In this document: in pieces, positions 26,914 through 38,600 of the stretch | How the letters are laid out: every line of letters starts with the position of its first letter | Numbering within the stretch: the stretch's first letter is position 1 | Assembly (NCBI GenBank): GCA_000934665.2 | Contig: KZ538256.1 | Coordinates: 1-64,000, forward strand | Source: Catajapyx aquilonaris | Taxonomy: Eukaryota | Direction of reading: 5' to 3' | Length of the DNA stretch: 64,000 nt | Position numbers and translations under genes: made by a program | The notes under the pieces: model-generated | Told to the model about the DNA's origin: nothing | The model's database searches: none | What the model saw: the letters and a program-made list of their open reading frames with translations, nothing else

Positions 26914-29348
26914 TTATGGCATCTAGATCTCTGCAATAATAACAGTGCGATGGGTGCGACTACATACTGCATAATTAGTTCAAGGTCGAATCTAATTGAA
27001 ACTGTCCACACAACAATGGCGTCGTTTCCTCCTGTTAGCCTGAATGAAGCTCGGGTCTATAACGTTATGCAAAACAGGGTTTCACACTACGCATCAGCAT
27101 AATTGTTGTCAATGAACAAAAAGCCGACCGTGAACGCAGCATTAGTTCATTTAAATGTCACCACGCTAATGTTAACCCTTATCACGTGCATGAGCGGTGT
27201 CAGCAGCACTAGTATATGTCCTATTGCATTACTGCCATATACATCCCGGGTTTTCCGGACGAAAACTGCGAATCCCTTGTTCCAGATTTGGTTTCCCGGA
27301 GAACTGTATGCCCTTGAAAGTAATCGCTCACCCTAGACGGGAGAGGGCTAACAGCTAATTCATGCGCATATCTTGTACTGTGCTCACCATATTTCGACGG
27401 AGCTAAAGGCGCTCTCTCACGCGGAATTACTATGGAAATGGTAGCCAAACGAGCAGCTTATCCTGGACTGTTAGCTAACCTGCAGGACTCCTTTTGTTCT
27501 CAAGCAGGCATACACAGGAGCAAAAAGGGGGGACAGGGAGGAGACTGTGCAATTATTATGCAAAGTACATGAGGGCTTCATTCACTGATAGGATGTATAG
27601 ACGTAGAGCCTACTGTACATGGGATCCATTCATCAGTCGGATGTACAGTACTTTCCTGCAATTCCAACCAGTACAGACGTACAGTGGATTGCTGAGTAAA
27701 GATAGCAACTGGCTGAGTGCAGCCTTTGGCCCAACACTTCGAAACGCTATTTAAATTCAGAGTGGGCCAGCACTACTTTTGTAAATTTTTAAAGGGCCAA
27801 AAAGTTTGATTGCCGGAAAGAACCACTTTGGAGAAAAAAAATTGGGTTCTCCTGCGCAAACGGTCGAACTTGTCCAGAAACTCTGTCCATATACTCGAGT
27901 TCGCCTGACTTCGCCTGTTTACCTTACTAACAACCTAAAAACTCGGAAATGAACCTGTCACTGTCGGTCAAGCCTGATTTTTTGGAGAATATGTTCAAAA
28001 TCCCAATCATTACAACAACAGGATGACCTGCAGTTCTGACCCACTATATGATACTATCCTATAGTAAGTTGAAAAGCAGGTCAAAAGTTATGGATTACAT
28101 CCTACGAGCTTCTGCTCTTTAGAACTTGGTTGCCTGGGGAATACAAGCCACAATATATTTTTTTCTTCACCTCACCTCTCTTTTTGTGCAGTGCACGGTA
28201 TACTTTCTCCTGCAGGTTTATTACACTCAGATGGAGTCAAACTTTGAAGGATGGCGTTTCTACAGCAAGGACTATTCGATCCGTCATGCTGTCCTCATGA
28301 CACAGTTTCCCACAACGCATGCGTTGTATACACACCCGACTTTAAAAAAAAAAAAAAACCCTCCTGACTTACAACCCATAAAATTAGCAACCATAACGTA
28401 ACTGTCAGGAAAAGAAAAAGCAAAAGTTTTCTCTCCCAGATAAAACCGGAGTTGATATCTCTCCCTGTACTTGAAGACCGCTTGAAATTTATCGCCCCGA
28501 GTTCGTCTGGCCATACGGGACTTGTTTCGCTGCAGGGTCTAACGACCATCGCGATATATAGCCGCGACAATGATGCTATCACCTCCGGACGAGTCACAAG
28601 GGGTGTGCCGCAGATGCCCAACCTTTTTTCGGAGGACCGAAGCAACGTCAAATGACACAGGCCCAGCTAATTGGAAGGCCTCCACAATTCAAGCGGACTT
28701 GACAGTACTGAGCCTTTTTTGGCCTTTGTAACGCCCCAGCTACATACCGCCATCAATTCGCTTTGACTCACCAACCGATTTTTTTTTCGCCAATCGGTAG
28801 CCTCGGTCTGCCTGCCTACAAGTGCTCAAAACTGCGATTTAAATTCCGCGACCACTGGGCTGGCGCGATATTTCTTCACGCGAGTATTTGTTCCGCCGCC
28901 ATGATTTATGACCTTTCCACGTCGTTTTGTGAAAGCTCCTCGGGCCTTCCGGGGGTTTTTCCCTGACAGATTGATATCGCTGGAGGTGCCCCGAACAGTA
29001 TTGTGGCAACAATCGAGTGTCCCAGGAGCGTTATAAATTCACCCGCACAATATAGACACGATATTGCCGCACTGATGATTGTGCGTGGACTAAAAAGTCC
29101 CTCGGGGCACTGGTGTCGACCTTATGGAATACAGGCCTCATTTGTAGTCAACCCGTTATTTTTCACGGTCTGGCACACAGGGCCAGGGTTCATTCTCCAC
29201 GCCCTCAACATATTCTGGTGGGATCAGGCACGTGGTAGACGAATCTACCACCGGCATAGCGCTTGGGGGGTCATGGGAGAAAACCGACCCCATTGGGAGA
29301 ATCGGCGCTCCATTAGGGGGGTGGAATACCACCATTGGATGGGTCCAA

Positions 29349-29493
29349 GGATAGGGAAGGAAGGAAGCGGCCCGCGTAATTATACTGGGGGGACCGTGGA
29401 AAACCCCAGAAAACCATGCCGGCCCCGGGAATCGAACCCTGGACCACCCGATTACCAGTCGGACTCCTTAACCACCACACCAACCTGCTTCGG
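29349..29493 (-). mobile_element. tRNA-derived SINE related to family 1 (3' end uncertain, may extend to ~29075)
   Basis: Minus strand starts CCGAAGCAG like the 20682 copy. A box TGGTGTGGTGG and B box GGTTCGATTCC. Shares GGTTTTCTG..GGTTT.CCACGGTCCC.CCAG and CCGCTTCCTTCC.TCCCTATCC with that copy. No TSD found. Confidence 0.8.
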
Positions 29494-32394
29494 TGAAAAC
29501 CATGATAATACACGACCCACAAATGGCCATAAAATAATGTCGTGTAGTTCTATTTTGATTAGAGCTCCCCCTCAAAAGCTGGCTGACATTATGTCACGTC
29601 ACACCTGCCCATACCCGTGAACGTGTCAATCTTTGGACCCTTTTAAATTAGTACGTCAACATTCCAGAGTGTCGACACGGTGACCAGCACCTGCCCAAAT
29701 ATAGCGACCGTCAGCACTTTGTTGACCTGATGACCTGACTTGCAAAAATCCCAATCCCAGTGCGTATATACCCAAGCCGTATNCCCCCCCCAAAAAAAAA
29801 TGAACATCGGATTAACAGTAAAACCGGCCATAAACCCCCCGCCTTCTCAGGTAATGGATTTCATCATGTAAGTGTGACGCATTAATGGACGCCCCCAGGA
29901 AATGTCTTTTTTTCCCCCCCTCCGTCGCACCCCGCGACACCAATTCCGTTCCAGAATCAAATCTCACCCCTAGTGTCCTCAAGAATAATAGGTCCCAATG
30001 TCTGTCCAAATAGCCATCGCTTCACATCCATCCATTTTCTCCTGAGGGATACAAAAATCGATGATAAATCTGATATCCTTTCTTCTTCCTATATAGGACG
30101 TCCCCCCTATTATTTGTCCCAGAATTAGAACTAGATGCTTCTAGTTGCCCTCCCCTGAAACCCGAACCCTGAGGAGAAAAAAAAAAAACATCTTCTCTCT
30201 CCATCCGACTCCTCCATCCATAAATACTGCATTTGCTTTGTGCAGCCGAGCTTTACAAAGGGAGAGAAGGGGTTTCATCTGGAGATTTGTGGAAGAGGAG
30301 AGGCTGAGGGGGGTTCCAAAGTAGGTGATGTGAAGAGAATTTCTCACAGGAGAGACTCTGCCTCCTTCATGATGAGGTGAAGAGGGGTGCGGCAGTAAGC
30401 TTTCACAAGCACCAAGTCGGCCTAATTTATGGCCATTCCCCGCAACTACATGCTATCCAAATCCCAAATCCCATCAAGCAAACTTCAGGCTGCTTCTGTG
30501 CACGTAGAGTAGGCCTTGTGACCTCCGAGCATACTGACAACTTGATTTAGCAAGGGAGAGGTCGTTATTGTTGCCGGGGGCGGCCCCCGACAACTATGGT
30601 AAGTAGATCAATTCAAGGGGCGTATGCAACAATAATCGGGGACCGGAAGTAAAACGGTGGGCGTGGTAGCGCCATCTGTCATGCCACTACAATCGACAAT
30701 GGAAATGAAACATTTTTTTTTAAAGATTTTTTTTAAAAAAACACACACCTAACTATTCCAGAAACAAGTGAGATGTCATCTGACAACAATGGAAAGTGCT
30801 AGTTCTTAGTGGGTTAATGGTTGTCAATTGATGTCAAATCAATACTGCAAAATAAACAAAATGTTGGGTGGCGCAAAATTTGGCAGCCAGAGACTTCCCA
30901 GGCTATTATATCAAATAGGATTCATTGACACATGTCACAGGTTTGACGCAGTGCATAATTCGTGGACGCGACGTATATAATTGGCAAAATAATACTCTGC
31001 TGCTACGGGCAGTGTTATTAATAGGCTGCAATAATTGAAGGGACGGTACCGGCGTAACAAGGCGATTAATTGAAAATATTTAATTTTGAAGAAACGTATT
31101 CGATGACCTGTACGGTGCAGATGTCCGCAGGCACACGACTAAATAATATTTAAAAAGGGCTGAGTCCATATTCCCGTACGGCTGAATGATGGAAAAGTGT
31201 TCCCATCTGCCAGGAAATCCGAGCAAAGTCATTCGCCCTCTGCATACTGATTACGCCCTGTCCATTCTAAGACATCTCTCCAGTCAAAAGATCATTTATG
31301 CAGTACCTTCCCCCAGAAAACTGAATGCGAATGGAATCAACTTTGGTAGCAATGAAAAATGATGCAAAAACAATGTGATAAATGCGCTTTCATTTAATTC
31401 ACTGCCTGTACCGGACATGCATATACCTTGGGGCAGTAAGCTGAGTTTCGCCTTTTCAGCACGTATAAAAAAAGTACGTCCAGCTGGTATGAACAGCTAC
31501 GTGTTGACGCGAACTGACATTTATAATTTTATATGCAAATATTAATTCTGCACGTTACTGTGCCCAATATCAACATTTGGCAGTATTTTCATTATGCCGA
31601 TTTTGCATTTATTAGCTCTAATTACAGTCACGCCACTCCCACCAATTTTTTTTTTGCTATTTTGAAGCACTTGGTTTAAATTTGAGTTTCAGTGACATCA
31701 AAACCCTCACAGAATTGGGTCGAAAGAGCCCAACACCCCATATCGTAAATACAACTAACCAATTTTTTCCACGCAATAACTCTAGTCTCTCCGTCGCAAC
31801 AAAACCCATCCCACCCATCTCCCATGAGAAACACCCGCCGGCATGAACTACTTCCCCCCAATATCGACTTCAGCAAATTCCGAAAAGATACCCCCCCTCC
31901 CAAACGAAAAGTGTCCTGGGTGGGGTCCATCCGCATTTGCCAGCATCTGTGGGGGTCCAACGTAGTAAAAGGGCGTGGGAGCCCGGATTTACGGAGGCCG
32001 CTTTACGCCCCGCCACGGCCTACAGGGGCAATTTCCTCTCCCTCCGTATAGTCGCATTTCGCCTCCAAATGGCCTCCGCACCTCCGCCCTCAAATGAATA
32101 TTATAAGATGCCACGGATCGTCAAGAAACTGCGACCGAGGTCTTATTGCTTCAGATTGCATTCCATTATTAAAAGCCAATCAGAAAGTTGTGAGAAAATA
32201 TTTTTTTTCTTTTTTCTTTTGCGGGGTAGAAACAATAGGTTGACGTGGATTTATGTACTGGAAGGTTCTCCAGATTGCGAGTGCAACTGGCGCACAGGAT
32301 TATTGTCGGGAGTCATGGCGAGCGAGACTCATAACTCGGAGCTCGAATTGCTGGAGGACGAGCAAAAGTGCTGACAGTGAATGAGTTACATCTG

Positions 32395-32490
32395 TCTTAC
32401 CTGCACTCTAGGGGCAATGAAGTGGTTGGAACCCAAGTGTACTCACCTGCAACAAAAAGAAGGGCATAGTTACAACACGAAAGGCACAAC
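32395..32490 (-). other. Candidate recursive splice site RS-B with 46-nt cryptic RS-exon (32446-32401)
   Basis: Minus strand: tgTAACtatgcccttctttttgttgCAG|GTGAGT (junction 32447/32446) with ~42 nt free of AG upstream. A second consensus donor CAG|GTAAGA lies at 32401/32400. Confidence 0.72.
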
Positions 32491-32543
32491 CTGACATCGC
32501 TATAGTTGTCATCAAAATTATAGCATACTATCACGCAAACAAG

Positions 32544-32650
32544 GATTGTCGCATCCTGGCTTGGATGCAACCCATTGCACAGATGTCCCTTCTGCTTTGC
32601 TCACACCTGTGCAAAGGGTTGCATCCAAGCCAGGATAAACCGCGACAATC
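32544..32650. mobile_element. Small palindromic element related to the 16681-16822 hairpin
   Basis: Near-perfect stem ATCCTGGCTTGGATGCAACCCATTGCACAGATGT / ACACCTGTGCAAAGGGTTGCATCCAAGCCAGGAT, plus an outer stem GATTGTCGC/GCGACAATC beyond a 5-nt bulge. Confidence 0.7.
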
Positions 32651-35600
32651 ATGCAAGTAAATCCGTTAAGTCACCCGAGCACAGTACACAGTACCAAACA
32701 CCCACATAGTACACATTTAAAACCAAACAGTGCTCCACCTGCATTAACTAATGTCAGTTTCACTATCCGCATTTTCAAAATAGTTGACCTAACCCCCCCA
32801 GTAATCAAATTACGGATATGAAATCATAATTCATCTGGCTGCATTACTTTCTGCCTCGCTCATTAATTTTGGAACCGTCCTGTGGCTTGGGAATTACAAT
32901 TGGCGGCATTATTTTCTTTCTACCCCCCTCCCACGTGGTTAAACAGGATTAGTCTATCCATTAGCCCCCTGGTGGGAAAGGGCGAGTCTATTCCGCAGCT
33001 GAGATATCGCCACCCACATCCCCCTTCCTCCCTTCCCATTTCCCACGAATCATTCTTCAAAATGACACTAGGAAGCAAAAACTAGGACAAACTTGCACAA
33101 AATGGTCACTTTTTCTCCTTTCGTCTGTCCGGTCAAAGCAATCTATTAAGACAAATATTTCTTACTGTCGGGAGGTGCGGATAAGGCAGGAAGTGATCTA
33201 TGTACCACGATTAATATCGGGTGGAGTTCAACTTTTTGGAAAGTGCCCTAGATTCCTGCAGCAGACAGCAGGCACTCATAACACATTATGGCCCCTCAAA
33301 ATTGGGGGGTGCCCGCAATGCTCTTTGACTGTTACAAAAATGGGTTGAATCATTCATTTTCTTCTGTTGTAAACATGTCAACAATTAAAAAAAAAATCCT
33401 CTCCATGCCGCAATTGTCAACAAGGTTCCAGCAGGAATATTTTCATGCTGTTGTACCTCCTGTTTTGCACCTTATTTCAGAACCGACTCACGAACATTTC
33501 CAGATGTTAAAAAATAAATACTCCCACTCCGACCATGTCATCCAAGTCATCCCCCCAAATGTTTATCCCAACAGACATCATCCGGAAAACTTTCTGAGAA
33601 CCCCCATGAATTTTTCATGGTACGGCATACTAGTAAGGCCCGCATTTACAGGCAGAATCCTAGGAAACAAAACCGGCCGAGCTTGTAAAATCCGACCTGC
33701 TGAAGAAGCGGCGCGTCACTTTGAGGATGCTTGTCACTTTCAATAAAACCTTAGGGGAGGTGACCGTATTAATTATGGGGGCTCAAAGTTGGACTCCGTG
33801 TCTGGAATAATCCAGGTCTTTGGATCGCTGAAAGTTGCGCCACCGGATTACTAACGAAGGTTTGTTTCGGCAGAGGGGTCTGAAGGTTAAGAAAGTCGAA
33901 GTAGAAACAAGATGCAAATGGCACTGAGTGGAAGGCGTGGAAACAGATCCTCTGAAGCCACCAACCGACCAACCAACCGAGTCCCTTACTCCTGCTCGAC
34001 GGGGCAGAAAAGCTCCCAAGTGCTGAGAAGGCAGCCATCCAAGCACTGACTTTCCTACTTTTGCCCTCCATCCCTCCCATCTACCCACCACCAACTCCCC
34101 CAACGTTCCCTTACATGACATCCGTCTGACGACAAAGGGACTTGCCCCCGATTTCCACCCTCTCTTTGGTGTACATGCTCTGATGGACCTCTGAAGGGTC
34201 ACCATGACTCTAAGATATTTCCAGGAACAGGAAGAAACGTCATTTCCTCTCCCATGGGCCTGAGGCTGCAGGAAAAATGAACTTGACATGACGTGTCATT
34301 CGACGTAACATTTGATGTCAAATCGGCGAGCATGTCCGAAGAATTATTTGGCACGTCTGGTCATCCTGCATGGGGTGTTATGAAGAAAAGTCGTCGTAGG
34401 TCTGTCAATAATATTTCGACATATACACCATACAAATTTTCCACGTCCAACTTATCGACTTCCGATTGATATTGATATTTACTACTGGAATACAGTGTGA
34501 TTCTCACCGTCTGCACAGTTGGAATTAGCCTATTTCCCCCAGATTTTCTGAGACCCCCCAACCTGCAAATCGACCTCATTGGCTCTTTCATGATCCTTGA
34601 CTTCCTCGTTAACCTCCGGGAATCAGCCCCTAAAAACCCCTCGTCTTTTTTTTCCCCCAGTTACATATTTTTCGATGCGAGTAATTGGGCCATGGAGACG
34701 AGCTGATCCCGCATGATGACATTCCTCGCTTTAGCAAACATCGCATGGGAATCTCCACTTGAGTGCGCTTTGCCAGCTCAAGAATGACATCGTCTGCGGT
34801 AAACACCATTCACAATCCGCCCGAAACGAGTTTATTCAAAATTATGACTAATCTTATTTGAATTTCAAGCCCTTGTACTGCAAGTACAGTTAGCACACTT
34901 GCCTAGCAACTGGGTGTACATGCATTTAAAAAAAAAGTCAGTCCGCATTTCGAATTACCCTGTGGAGTATAAATATTTTATGGCTGGGAATAATTCAATG
35001 GCGAATTCGAAAAGCATACCAATGGGCCTCCCAGGCGGAAGCCAATTATAATAGAGCCGCAACAAAATGAAGGCGTGAAAATATAAGGCCTGGGCCCTCC
35101 CAATCTCCTCATTTTCAATTCTCCTTGCCTGCGAGGGAAAAGTCTGGCGAAGAATAAGGCTCGTCGAGAAGAGCTGATGCCAGAAGGTACAGGCATAAGG
35201 GATGGTGGAGGAGCCGCAATTTTCTACCAACATGATTCCAGGGCTTCTGTAGGAAAAAAAAAAAAAAGGTCAGCTTCGCACGAACTCGCGGCCTGATTTG
35301 CATTCTGTACAACTCCTGAAGAGGTACCGATGCCCAACTTTTTTTTCCCGAGGCCTTGTTACTCTTTGGCATGTTGCGCCAACGCCTCGTAAAGAATGCA
35401 TCGTCACGTGATCAGCCCCTAATTTGCTAGACTGCAACCAGCTGGGCATTATAACGACTAGTGTCGACCCAACTTTTTCGGTACGTCTGAAACCCATATA
35501 TGTCACCAATTTCGGCAGCGAGATCCGCCTCATTCACGCAACCTCACGAACCACTTTTATGACCATAAAACACTAGCAACTAATGGACCTCCCGACCTGC

Positions 35601-38600
35601 CCGCCCTTTTGGCCCCCATACTGCAAAGGGGCACATCCGGCGAGGACAAATTGGGCAGGAAACATTTTCGAGGGAACCCCCCCACCAAATCGGCCCCATG
35701 CAGCCCAACCGAAAGAGAATCGTTTATCCGAGTTCATCTCGCAGAGTGGCCTCGGTTCCAGCTCTTAGCATTCATCCTATAGGCCTCTCCGGCATACATA
35801 CTATCGAGTATCATCCTAGGGGGTCAAATCCTCGGGTATGGACTGGGTGGAAGCTTAAAGGAAAAGCAATCCCTTGGTAGCAAATGTTTGCTGTGGGTAA
35901 AGGATCGATAGTGTCGTCAGGTATACGTGGTAAGTGGGCACTAGGCTGGATTGGGAGAACAGGGGGTGGTTTAGAATTCTTGGAGGATCTATACCCGGCT
36001 AATTGCTAGCCTTGAGCCTCCTAGAAGCAGCGACGGACTATTGACCACGGAGCTGGTTCATCAACGGGGTGCTGGCTGAGAATTTGTCTGCCGGTAGTGA
36101 GCCGTGGCAATTGCGAAACACCCCATTTTGGCACTGGGTAATAGTGGAGTCTCTGGGGGGGNGGATGCAGATTTCCGGCTGCGGCATCAAATTGATGCCT
36201 GCTGACTCTCATAGTGGCTCAAAACGGGTGTTAATCACGTAGCATTGTGGTGGGGATTCCGCCTCGTCTATGGAGCAAGATTGCGCAGTGGCCAGTTTAG
36301 TCTTCACAAAAAATACGTACCTACAGCCAATGTGTCGTACCAGAAGTAGGCTGTCATCGTAATGGCCCGCTGGGTGCTACAACACCTGCTCACCCTTACG
36401 ACCAACCAATCATGTCGAGTTCATCATTCCGCGCCATCTGTAGAGATCACATCTGAAGCGCTTAACTGCCCGGTCGTGTTTAGCAAATATGCGTGCCATG
36501 ACTTTCGAATCGGACCAAGCACCAAGGAATTTAACGCCTGCAACTTCCTGACTGACCTTCGCAATAAAACCGGCTCAGTGCCCAAAGCTATCCAAGTCTC
36601 GGACCGAAACGACCGGCGCGACCCACATCTCCACTTATGGCTGAACGTCACATAACAACCCCCCAACGAGCTAATGAAACTGTTGACTAAACCCCCAGTA
36701 CATCGGTATGCGGGGAACGCTCTGATTACAGCCAAATTTCCGTGGGTAAGCAATCTCCTGTGAGGAGACAAATTATCCCCCACCTTTTGCCTGACTATAG
36801 ATGATGCGTCAACATCGATTATTTTGTCCACTGCCGGGGCTCGATTGTAATGAGCGTAATTGGAAAAATGTGTTTCGCTTAGGGTAGTGCCTATTATCCC
36901 ATGCAAATAATGAAACAAGTGGTGCATATGCATTGCGTTTGACGTCCCCACGCAGCTGCAGGAAAGCGCAATTCATCTCAATTTCCCGAACAATGCTGGG
37001 TTTTGGGAATCGTGATAATATCCTCTTCCTTTCCTCAAGCCGTCTGGTCCCATCGCGACGTTTCATCCCTTCACTTGCAGCCTCCAGGATGGATGCAGTT
37101 TGCAATTTATTTCACTTGGGACCAGGCTGACTCAATGGCCAATTATGGATTAATGCTCCTTACATTTGTTGCCTTCCCCAGCTGACACCAATACAGAGAA
37201 ACTCGTGGGGATGATTTCACGGCATAAATACAGTTGGGACCGTCCCGAAATGGAGGGTGATGTAAACTTTCTTAATGGAGCCGCATACCGCCTGCGAAGT
37301 AGCAGGATGTGCCTGGGTTTTGCGTACATCTCCAACAAAAGCCAGTGGGGTGTAATTAAGAGTGTGCTTTTTAATTAGCAGCCTGGTATCTCAGCCTCCT
37401 TCTGGTGGTTGGTGTGGTGAGGGAGAAATCGCAGCCTGCATATTTGAGTTTGCGTTATGGTGGTTGTCAGGACCAAATCTGTGGTGTGACCATTCTCGTG
37501 GGATTCAAACAAGAAGCTGTACCTCCCAAGTCAGTATAAGGACCTACAATGGTTCGTATTTTAACATTAAATTTGTGTGTACAAACTGTAGAAAGTTACG
37601 GGTTGCCATGAATAGTCAGGATAGCTTGACCATGCAGATTGCATGATTTCTCAATGGGCTTATGCTGAACAAGCCCCCCCCAGGTTAGTGGTTAGCCTGC
37701 AAAGGACCACACTTTGATTCCCTATTAACTATTAAAATGTGGATCACTCGGCAAAACTTTACTCACTCCTAGGCACACTCACTTTCGGCAGCCAAGCTCC
37801 TTTCATGAAAGTTGGTGGTTACAAACTATGTCAAAAGCAGGCTCCCAGTTACGTCACACCGCGCCAGTAGCAAAGGAGATCACCTTAAATTAAACGGCCT
37901 CTAGAGTTGATGTAGCACTCTCATAACAAGCTGGCCCACATTTCAGTGTTACGTGATGCGTGTTCCCCTACCCCCCAAAAAATGCACCTTTAATTTCCTA
38001 CCCGCCCTTCCACATACTGCATACGCCCTTTAGGCACCGGGAGGTTGAAAGCAGAACACACACACATGCGCCAATGGAGCTTCCATATTTAACGACCAGA
38101 GGAAAAATAATGAACCGGGCTCCCACTGTTTTGATGCTTAGGGGCCCCGCCTTAGCGGTGGGTCCATCACACATATGGGCAGCTCAAATATCGCACCGCC
38201 TAAAAAAAAAAAAAAACCCTCTGGGATGCGGTTATTACGCCACGTTTTTTCATGGTGTCAACTAATCAAGACACTTTCTCCAAGTATAATGAGAACTATT
38301 GTATATTTATAGACCCGGCCTAATGAGACGGACTTAATAACACCCTGCTGGTAATCATCATGCATCATTTGGTGGCTGGGGATGTATTCTAATACCGGTA
38401 TTGTTAGTCGGTATAGCACCTCGGACCAAAGCAGCTGTATAACATTTCCGCTTTAATCACTACGGCGGCGAAACCNGGGGGGGTATTACGCAGGCAGTTT
38501 AATATATCACGGGGCAGCAGTCCGGTAGCGGTGAGCCCAACCACCTTCCAGGCGCACTTTACGTAAAATGAAATTACCATCCGCCTCCATTTTCGTTACG

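Noticed and set aside
29072..29120. CTGATGA followed by a stem-loop as a hammerhead ribozyme
   Set aside because: No GAAA core segment after the stem and no closing stems.
30141..30347. ITYFGTPL peptide reminiscent of the YLG motif at the end of LINE reverse transcriptases
   Set aside because: No other RT motifs recognisable. It might be a very old fragment but needs a tBLASTn/HMM search.
32401..32446. EYTWVP peptide in one frame of the RS-B exon, resembling the Prickle/Testin PET motif
   Set aside because: Only six residues match, the following sequence diverges, and the phase does not fit the upstream exon.
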